Part shown: piece after piece, positions 34,701 through 43,400 of the stretch
How the letters are laid out: every line of letters starts with the position of its first letter
How positions within the stretch are numbered: the first letter of the stretch is position 1
Assembly (NCBI GenBank): GCA_000004985.1
Contig: GG738848.1
Strand: one strand, 5' to 3'
Source: Naegleria gruberi
Lineage: Eukaryota
Length of the DNA: 64,000 nt
The notes under the pieces: model-generated
The model's input: only the letters and a program-made list of their open reading frames with translations
Told to the model about the DNA's origin: nothing
Database searches by the model: none
Made by a program: the position numbers and the translations under genes

Positions 34701-35396
34701 AATTAGTTCTATAGCAACATCATCTGATACTCCTTTAACACGTAAATCAGTTAAATTGGGACATTGCTTGCCTATACTTGCTACAAAGGTATCTGGTAGC
34801 TCGTAATCTAAAACTAATGTCTCCAAAGAAGGTGGAAATTTAAAGGTATCAAACTCAATATCTACGGCATCCTTTCCTATCAGTACTAATTTCTTCAGAT
34901 TTTCAAATGCTTCCATAGTCATATTCTGAAGTTCAAAGTCAATATCTCTAATCAACATCTCCTCAATAGTGTACAATGCTGGAATTTTCTTCTCTGCAAT
35001 GTCCTGTATAAAGTTGCCACACAGAGTATCATACCGTGCCAGATCTAACTTTTTAAGTTTACCACTCAAACTCTCCAACATTTTAAAAAGTGAAAAATCA
35101 TCCAGCTGTTGACAAAACCCATCATCATCAAGACTTTTCTCTGCTCCAATCTCTGTCAAATTGGCCAACTTGCAAAGAAAATGTTTGTAAATATTCTCAA
35201 ATCTGCCACATGCAATTCCGTATGGAATAGAGTAGCTTGTCTTGTATTTGATCCAGTAATCCCAAACCAATTTGTTAAAATATTGATTAGTTGTTTTAAG
35301 AGAAATTAGTGCCTTGTGATGAACAAAAGGAAGAAAGTGGTCAATTAGAATTTCTTCCGGAACACAAGCAAGTTGATGATCATCTCTTGATTGCAT
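31716..35396 (-). CDS. Large F-box-like / leucine-rich-repeat protein, possibly with C-terminal MATH/TRAF-like modules
   Basis: Single ORF of 1226 aa, with ATG at 35396 after an A-run. N-terminal VPEEILIDHFLPFVHHKALISLKTTNQYFNKLVWDYW is F-box-like. Many irregular LRRs follow (LKKLDLARY, LTDLRVKG, LKKLKLVF...). The C-terminal FEAFGFKWYLSIQNGE...SLHLD is MATH-like; this call is weak. Confidence 0.7.
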   Translation of the reverse strand: MQSRDDHQLACVPEEILIDHFLPFVHHKALISLKTTNQYFNKLVWDYWIKYKTSYSIPYGIACGRFENIYKHFLCKLANLTEIGAEKSLDDDGFCQQLDDFSLFKMLESLSGKLKKLDLARYDTLCGNFIQDIAEKKIPALYTIEEMLIRDIDFELQNMTMEAFENLKKLVLIGKDAVDIEFDTFKFPPSLETLVLDYELPDTFVASIGKQCPNLTDLRVKGVSDDVAIELIESLPKLTSFHVTLDESCTTMSSSFFSIFKKKGITLNISSISLPYSINTKSAINPFGIYSEKLTYLGLYCTGLEMNDILLNSIVCLKNLKKLKLVFDVEEVKFTSKCLHSLSNNSTLKHLESLTCTLNSGAGSLVPIIVDNAIKEINLQGEEEEYFDFSFLKRCSNIETLNLDFETENNNLSATLSSKIHLPNLRTVSGKLFTCNIVNLLPNKQNIKSLKMVYDSDMDLTQFKTLKNLELSLNVCLPNDIVLPLSLNNLEVFSHIVDPSYTGFINNILALKNLRILKLKMECLQNETVATICTKDSPIEELLIGGSKFLTNSITHHFTSMENLRNLMVIDCREFKDCNEISLLEYERNFHMFSSKIKERKFDFEKAYSTVNEELKSRLMMETYKSIDTLFQELHTTHFTKLMKERKLIELNLCACSVLTLLKEKGLRLERDNEFWLFYYLLLSTNSDFMPLHQNDMLKFVNSVFARLNEGILSQEQIARLQFCCSNSIEPFIKGASYGIVLAILSILLDLNDLDTISKISSSLPQALFMVNPQLVKTVTKFMERCVREKDCLLQIFSFPDLFLILSTISFSMEITSTPSFSEFCHAITSAYCFNINCPAVMAQYFEKFSSIQHIYNPFTNLSAKVKKEKEAFRKVDPLDVSIPTRERVSIAVDPAWADKNTYVDCIDISHGFNVELFKKIKSHTFEAFGFKWYLSIQNGEYLGEVRTSLHLDSVHSTNPDEISLQLDHLQVKVLFMNFNFDPSYYYVKTHKFKFKDDFVSDNVYYNKDPYEKSLTEFNYRTIICIKLLEKKMKQVHPLTTFPNNPLNYLSNKHPWLSRQISKERPIHHETITILTPLETLVDDCFSSDTIHAFGNNVHFYIKPKSRKSGLFAVDLTDQFIPTDLYKVKYLFANESFDMDSVQIGKYERKSEIEMDLEDTPYIDSELDYNLFEPTFHQPTVIEREPGKFFNKYVFQLVLVLSNTAHGLDIGNPYDDMDDDDDWEDM

Positions 35397-35502
35397 TTTT
35401 TTTAAAATTATTTTTAAATCTAATTGTGGCGGGAATTTTCAATATTGAATAATAAAATAGGTATGAATGAGAATGAAAATAATTATTTTTATGGTATAAT
35501 AT

Positions 35503-37016
35503 CTAGAATTTAGTCTTTCCAACAATGGCATTGGCAACCATAGTATTAATACCACACTTATCCTTACCTCTAATGAGACGGAACTGTTTGTCAAGAAAAT
35601 TGTTAAATAATTGTTAATTATTAAAAAATTGAACAAGTAAACCTACATAACCCTTTTCACCCCAAGATTCTCCCCAACTGTTCTTAACAATCCAATAATT
35701 AGTCTTTTCTCCAAGCCAATTAGTGCTATTAAGGTTGTTATGATAAATAACATGACAATTTTAAAACTTACTGAGTACCAAAACCAACAAGCAAAACAGC
35801 ATGGTCAATATCTGGAGGACAATACTTTTGCATGTCAATATTTGAATTGAAATGAATAAACTTACCATTGGATCACTAATACCACTATGATAGAATTGCA
35901 ACCACATGGCATTAAGGCAAATGGAGAGTGGTCCATTCTTTACCAAGTATGCGGCAATATCGTCTTCATTTTGAGAGACATTTTCATAACCAGCAACCTT
36001 TGCAACAAGTTGATAGTTTTGAACTGAACAAGTACGATTGCAATATTCTCCACTAGGACAATAGGTCTTGTTAGTGTTACACGGGAAACAGTTTCCTAAT
36101 GGTGGAATGCAGTATGGGTAAGAAGATTCAGTAGCCAAACCTCCTCTCTTTTGGATATATTGCATGGCAATAAATGGAAAACCTCCAACTATTTCCTATT
36201 TAGCATTTGCATATTTACTAATACTTACAACATCCACAATTCAAATTATCACAATCAACAAGTTGTTGAGGAGAGAATTTAGTCAAATTGTGACCAGCCA
36301 AAAAGTATGCTATTACAATGTCAATATTTCCGAAAAAAAGAATACTGACCTCCTTCAATATTTTCGACAGTACTAGATAAATTAATGGGCCTTTAAATAA
36401 TATTCAAATAACAAATACAAACCTGAAAGCCCAACAACTTCCGCAACTATTTTACAATGTCAATATTTAAAATTCTAAAGTATGTTTAACCTTACCTAGC
36501 TTGATCTTTAACAGCAGTAACAGCACCATGTTCTCTCCAATCAAATGATTCAGGAAGAGCATCAATTTGATACTTTTCCTTTGGTGCAGTTGGAGTGTGG
36601 TTGATATCCTTTTGTTTTGTTGGTGGCAAGAGTTTGACACGAGCAAATTCATTTGGACTCATATCCATAAATTGAGTGATACCATATTGAGCAACTGGTT
36701 TACCTGCAATTTCGTTTGGTTTATGCATAATATTTAATTGATTAACTAAATTAATATTATCATAGAAAATCTTCCATCTACGATGATGTTCCTCTTCAGT
36801 GGCATATCTCTTCAAATACAACTTTTTAAAATGTTGGAAATAATTTAAAGCTTCCTTTTCATCATAGGCTCCACCATACATAACTTTCAATGGAATACCT
36901 GCTTGATATTCTTCATTATCAGTTTGATCAATAGGTGAGCGAGCGTCGATCCATGATGCAAAATACATCAAGATGACGAAAACAACAGCGAGGGAAAGGA
37001 ACAAGTTCTTGCTCAT
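35503..37016 (-). CDS. Papain-family (C1A) cysteine protease, cathepsin L-like, with an I29 propeptide
   Basis: Eight exons: 37016..36496, 36446..36423, 36372..36350, 36309..36229, 36188..35866, 35824..35772, 35725..35647 and 35583..35503. Total 1185 nt (394 aa), and all junctions keep the frame. Signal peptide [22 protein letters not shown]. The propeptide is ERFNIN-like. Catalytic Cys in SCGSCWAFS, His in [10 protein letters not shown], Asn/Trp in [17 protein letters not shown]. Confidence 0.85.
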
Positions 37017-37215
37017 TTTTTTCTTCGGTGAATTTGCTAATTGGTTACTTGAGCGATTTGGACAATGGATTGGTGGAATTTTTGAGTACATTTTGTAAAG
37101 AAAGCAGTGCATGCATTATTGAATTACTTGAGACAGAATCTCTTTCTTGTAATTGTTTGTCTGAACTATTGCAAATGATATTATCGCACAGATAAATAAA
37201 TTAAAATTAAAAAAA

Positions 37216-38097
37216 ATGTCAAAACAAACTCCAATAGTTTCATGGTCACAGAGGAAGGAATTTATCAATTTAAATGTAGAAATTACTGATGCAAAAAATG
37301 TTCAAGTTTCTTTCACTGATGAGGGTTTAGTACGAGTGAATGCAAGCAATTCCGATGATAAAGACTTTGAATTACAATTGGAATTATTTAATCAAATTAG
37401 AGCTGAGTTGTGTAAATATAAAGTGACTGGAAGAAAGATTGAATTGAGAATTGAAAAATTGGTTGATGATGTTGAATTTTGGCCAAGATTAACAAAGAGC
37501 AAGGAAAAGAATAGAAATATTACTATTGATTGGAGTAGATGGGTTGATGATGAGGATGAAATTGAAGATGAGGAAGAACAAGAGGATGATGAATCTAATT
37601 GGATGAATCAAAATCAATTCCTAAATAATAATAATCAATCACTTCCAGAAGAATATGATGAAGAAAATGAGGAAGATTACAACGAGGATGATGAAGAAAA
37701 TGAGGAGGAAGAAAAGATTCATGATGGTGAATATGTTTGGTATGAAAACTTGGAAACTAAAGATGCACTCTATCAACATTTCATTGACTCTTACAGATTG
37801 AGAGTTGAGGATGACTATTCACTTAGAGGCAAGCAAAGAGGTCTCTATGCTCAAGAAGATCCATTACAAGATTTCAAAAAGTATCTTGGTAAGGCAAAGG
37901 AAAGAAAAGTATTCCCAGAATGGTGGACTGATAATAATGAACAAGAAATGATTCACATGGCTCTCAACGATGAGTGGGCCAACATTAAGTATGCAGTAGA
38001 GAAACACGACATTCAAGACAAGTACAATGCCATCACTCCTCTCGAACTACGAGCTCTTGCTGAGCTTGTTTTGGATAAAAATTATAGAAACCTTTAA
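37216..38097 (+). CDS. p23/CS-domain co-chaperone-like protein with an acidic linker and an uncharacterised C-terminal domain
   Basis: Single ORF of 293 aa. The N-terminal roughly 110 aa resemble p23 (PIVSWSQRKEFINLNVEI...FWPRLTKSKEKNRNITIDWSRWVDDEDE). The C-terminal roughly 130 aa (YVWYENLETKDALYQHF...FPEWWTDNNEQ...) were not recognised. Confidence 0.75.
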   Translation: MSKQTPIVSWSQRKEFINLNVEITDAKNVQVSFTDEGLVRVNASNSDDKDFELQLELFNQIRAELCKYKVTGRKIELRIEKLVDDVEFWPRLTKSKEKNRNITIDWSRWVDDEDEIEDEEEQEDDESNWMNQNQFLNNNNQSLPEEYDEENEEDYNEDDEENEEEEKIHDGEYVWYENLETKDALYQHFIDSYRLRVEDDYSLRGKQRGLYAQEDPLQDFKKYLGKAKERKVFPEWWTDNNEQEMIHMALNDEWANIKYAVEKHDIQDKYNAITPLELRALAELVLDKNYRNL

Positions 38098-38234
38098 GTG
38101 CTTTTTATTAAATCCACCAATAGTCATTTATTATTTAATACTTTCCAAAACAAATAATTCAAATTGATTACTTCAATTCCACGATAGAAATGAAAAACCA
38201 AATTGAAAATATTTTATAAAATTAGATTGAAAAA

Positions 38235-40413
38235 ATGTCTCAAACATCGCAAGCTGCTGCTACTGATGAATTGAATCCTCACATACAATTAGACAACCAA
38301 AACAAGGTGGTGGTGGAGGAGGAGACTTGTTTGGATCATCATCATGATGATGTGAATATTGAAGAATCTTTAGAATCAACTATTGAACATTACCATGATG
38401 AAATTGAGGAGAATGAGGTAGTAGCAGATAATGATGATCATCATCAACAACATTCGGACTTGAATCAACAAAAGAATAAGAATAGAAAAAACAAGCCAAA
38501 GAAGGTTTTTCCTGCTTCTCAATTCTTTATTGCCAATCAATCAAAGAGTAATGAAGAAGCTAATCTAGTCGAAACGAATGATGATCATGATGAAGAAGAA
38601 TATTTTCATTCCGAAGAACCAGAACTTGCCTATCACTATAAAGGACATAGTTTTATAGTTAACAAGACAGCATATAAGCCAAATAGTAATTCTGGCAATG
38701 GCAGTAGTAGTAGCAATACAAACAACAAGAATAACAAATCAAAGAAGCAACATCACCACAATCATAGTCATCATCACAAATACAATAATTACTATCAAAG
38801 ACCAAAGACAAAGGAGGAATTTGTGTTGGCCAAGTAGGTATTACTGAAAATTTCAAATTAATATATACTAACCAATTTGAAAGCTTTCATTTCGTTTTGA
38901 GACCCCTTTCTCAGAGTAATACCAATTTTATTAATCAACAATTTCATATCACTGAATATAACAATGGAAAATTTGATGCAGACACACTAGTTGATTGGGA
39001 TACCATTGAATTGGTTATTCAACAAACTCATGATGAAAATCAAGAATGTCCAATTTGTCTTGATACATTTAAGGCACCTAAAATGACAAAATGTGGCCAT
39101 GGTAAGTTTTTAACATGTTTGAATATTGAATATTAAATTTATGATTAGTTTTTTGTTATCCTTGCATTTTGAGACATGTTGCTTTAGGAGAAACAAACTA
39201 TAGAAAGTGTCCTCTCTGCAATGAAAGTGTTTATATAGATGCATTGAGAAGTGTAAGAGTTGAATACAGGAAGAAATATAAAGAAAATGACAAGATGAAT
39301 TTAGTTTTGCTTAAACGAGATAAGAAACTTATAATTCCAGACCTTGTTTCTGAGTTGAACACTACCAAGGAGGGTGTTCAATCAAAGGATTTACCTACTA
39401 TTTATCCAGTTGATGGTGATTCTGAAAGTGCCAAATTTTCCCGATTTAATGTTACCTATGATATTTCTCAAATATTAGAAAAGGAACTTGCTGATTTGGA
39501 CAATTCTCTTAAAACATCTGAAAGTGCTGCGGAATCTGAATTTATAGTATTGGCAAAGGATCAAGTTCTTCAAAGAAAAAAGGATTGGCTTGAATGGACA
39601 AAAACACATTTGGCAAAGGGAAAACCAACCCAACCAAAAAACAAATCCTCACAAAAACCTGAAGTATCTCAAGCCACAGAGAAGAAAGAAGTTGAGGATT
39701 ATTGGTATTATCAATCCTCTGATTGTCAAATGATATTCTTACATCCTCTCTGTTCAAAAATGTTAATTCACGAATTCCAAGATTACAGTAATTTTCCAAC
39801 CAATCTCAATGATTGTCCAATATTAGAAATTGAAACAGTTGAACTCAATGAGGAATTAAGAAGGAGATATCCTGTTCTTAAGCATGTTCCTTGTGGTTGT
39901 TACATTTCTCTGGTAGAAATTGATATGAGGAATATTGTATCAAAGGAGACGATTAATACATTTATAAAAGATATTAAGCATAGAAAATATAGAAGAGACG
40001 AAAAGGTGAGAATGAGAATAAGAGAAGAACAAGAGGAAAAGAAGAATGAGGAAAAGAGAAAGGAAGAAGAAAGACTTGCCAGGGAAAGATTAATTCAAGA
40101 GTTGCACATTTCTAACTTTCCAGAACTTATTTCCACTCCTCCACCTGTTAACAGTGATTTCCACTTCCCTACAACGTTGAAAACAGTAACACCTGTCCAA
40201 CAACAACAGCAACCTGAAAAGAAACAAAAGAAGCCAAACGATTGGTCAAAACGTAAGCAACAAATAGACATTACCCAATCAGTAGCAAGTTCTTCAGTAC
40301 AATTACAAGGAGATTGGGCTAAGAAAACTAACACAAATACTACAACAAAGAATGTATCAACCAGTTCTGGTAAAAAAGATGATTTTCCATCCATAAAGTC
40401 AAAGAAGAAGTAA
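38235..40413 (+). CDS. RNF10: RING finger protein 10 (RNF10/Mag2)-like E3 ligase
   Basis: Exons 38235..38833, 38884..39101 and 39149..40413; introns are 50 and 47 nt, and the first contains TACTAAC. Total 2082 nt (693 aa). FVLANFHFVLRP, followed by a RING split by an intron: CPICLDTFKAPKMTKCGH|VFCYPCILRHV...YRKCPLCNESV. Confidence 0.8.
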
Positions 40414-40467
40414 TTTTTACAATAAACTTAGTATTAGTTTTATTCTTAGGTATTTTACATGTACAGG

Positions 40468-43400
40468 TTATGCATTTTTAGCAAGATATTTTTCAATTTT
40501 TTCTTTAAACATATCATCAATGTAAGTATTTTGAATGTTAATTACTCGAATGGTATTATTCGATTTGGCAAAATCAATCAAAGCTAAAGCTGCACCAATT
40601 GAAATCAAATTTCCACTCAAATCAAGCTCAACAATTGTTGGATGAGGCTTGAGAATTGAGACTAGGGTTTCAATAGCTGGATTTCTGAACCCTTGTTTTG
40701 GCAAACTCAATTTGTGGAATTCAACATTTAAAAGAGTTTCCAAGAAAGGCTCTAATCCCTTATCACCTAAATAATTGTCTGATAAATTAACTTCTCCATC
40801 GGTGACGATAGTATTTGTGCCAAATTGAGCTCTAAGACGAGTGTTTGGTCTAAGAGATCTCTTTTCACAGTTTTCAACATACACATCCTCAAGAGTTCTT
40901 TCCTTAACAGGTTCTTCTTCCTTAGTTTCTTCCACCACATATTCAGCTTGAGCTTCTTCGACATGTGTTTCTTCTGGTTGTTTGTGTTTTTCTGGTGCGT
41001 CAACACTTGTTTCCTCATGAGGTTCTTGTTTTTCCTCTGGTTGTTGGTGTTTTTCTTGCTTGTCTTCTTGTGTTTCTTCTTTTTGAGATGATTTCACGTG
41101 TGTTTCTTCTGAGAGTTTGGTATCAACAAAAGTTTCTTGGTGTGTTTCTTCCTGTGTTTCTTCATGATGGTTTGTTTCATCTTGTGTTGTGTATGAATCT
41201 TCAATTGTTTTAGTTTCTTCAGCAAATCTCACATGATGTTCCTCTTCAGTGGAAGATTCTTCTGAAGGTTGTTCTTCAAAGGTTTCAAAATCTTCTTCAA
41301 ACGAGTCAAACTCATCTTCCTTTTGAAGTTCAGCTTGTTCTTCTTCATGAGTTGTCTCCTTTTGTTCTTTTTGGTTATCTGCTGTCTCAATCTCTTCTGC
41401 TTGTACCTCCTCTTGTTGGTCAACCTCAAAAGGCAAACTTTCTTCATGGAATGGTTCTTGAACTGTTTGTTCTCTTGGAGATTCTTCTCCAGGAAAATGA
41501 TCCATATCTGTTTCTTGTTGATGACTTGTATCTTCTTTTTCTTCAGCTTCTTCTGATTGTTCTTTCATTTCCTTTTCCACTTGATCAACAAACTCGTTTG
41601 ATTCTTGTTTAATTTCTGTTGATTCCTCATTTGCAAACTCTTCGAATTGTTCCTCGAATTGATCTTCGAAGTGATCTTCGAATTGTTCCTCATGTTGATC
41701 TTGAGTTTCCTCTTGAGTTGGTTCATGGTCTTCTTGAGTTTCTTCTTGAGTTTCCTCATATTTCTCTTCGAAAAATTGATCTGTTTCATTGAACTCTTCC
41801 GTATTTTGCTCGAATTCATCAGTAGTTTCATTGAATTGATTTTCCTCAAAGTTTTCTTCATGACTTTCAATATTTTCAAAATTCTCATGTGTTTGTTCTT
41901 GGTTTTCAAGGCTCTCGAAGGTTTCTTCTTCAGTATTTTCTAGGGCAACTTCGTTATTTTCTGAGAATTCTTGTTCAACATGTTGTTTGCTGTTTTCAAA
42001 TTCATCCTCTTTAGTGACTTCCTCAGAAGATACTTCCTTAATGGACTCTTCATGTGCTGTTTGGTGAACCTCAAAGTCCTCTTCTTCTGAAACATGTACC
42101 TCTTCTGATTGTTCTTCATGTGATTCTTCCAATTCCTCTTGCTTACTTTCCACATATTCAACTGTTTCTTCAACTTGTTTAATCTCGCTTTCCTGATTGC
42201 TTTCTTGATGTCCAATATGTTCTTCGGTGCATTTAATTTCATCATTTTGTTCTTTGTGACTGTGTTCCTCAATAATTTGCTCCTCTTGTTCCTCAACCTT
42301 TTTGACCTCATCAACACTTTCGTGCTTAACTTGATGATGATCTTCAACCCTATCATGGTGTTCTTCATTCTTGATATCTTCCCTATGTTCTTCAGTTGTC
42401 TCAATGTTTTCATGATTCTCTTCGGTATGTTTATGCTCTTCAACAGATGCTTCCTCAATAGCTTGAGGTTTCTCTGTATTGGCAACTTCAAAAGGTAAGC
42501 TTTCCTCTTGAGGTGGTTCTGTAACTGGTTCCATTTTTGGTTCTTCTTCTTTGACAATTTCTTGTGCATGGATTTCTACTATTTCTTCAGTTTGCTCTTC
42601 GGAGGATTTGTTAATAATCTCAGTCTCTTGATATGCAATATTTTCTTGCTTATCATCGTGATTATGCTTTTCCTTCTTCTCTTCATTATCATGCTTTTCC
42701 TTCTTCTCTTCGTGATCATGTTTCTCAACCTTTTCTTCTTTCTTATCGTCTTTCTTCTCTTCAGGATCATGTTTTTTCTTCTCTTCCTTTTCTTCCTCAA
42801 CTTTCTCATCGTGTTTAAGCTCGTTTTTCTTCTCTTCATGATCATGCTTTTCCTTTTTCTCTTCACGATCATGAATCTCAACCTTTTCTTCCTTAACTTC
42901 CTCATGGTTATGTTTATCCTTCTCTTCATGAACATGTTTCTCAACATTTTCTTCCTTAACTTCCTTCTCATGGTTATGTTTATCCTTCTTTTCTTCATGA
43001 TCATGTTTCTCAACATTTTCTTTCTTATCCTCGTCGTGATTATGTATATCCTTCTTTTCTTCATGATCATTCTTTTCCTTCTCTTCGTGGTCATGTTTCT
43101 CAACATTTTCTTCCTTAACTTCCTTAACCTCCTCGTGGTTATGCTTATCCTTCTTTTCTTCATTTTCTGATTTTTTCTCATGACCTATTTCAAATGGCAA
43201 ACCTTCTTCTTGGAGTGGTTCTTGAATCGTTTGTTCTCTTGGGGATTCCACGTCTGCAAAATGATCCATATCTTCAATGTCTCTATGGCTTTTAGTTTCA
43301 GTATCTTCTTGTTCATGTGTTTCATGATCATCTAAGGTTTGATATTGCTCATGGTCGTGGCTTTCAGGAAGGGTAGAGCTGGTTTCATCATGATCCTCCT

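Noticed and set aside
36195-36197. Alternative acceptor (first ATAG, at 36197-36196) for cathepsin intron 4
   Set aside because: Using it would create an in-frame TGA (t+ga). The acceptor at 36190-36189 keeps the frame, although it gives an unusual GCFGG instead of GCNGG.
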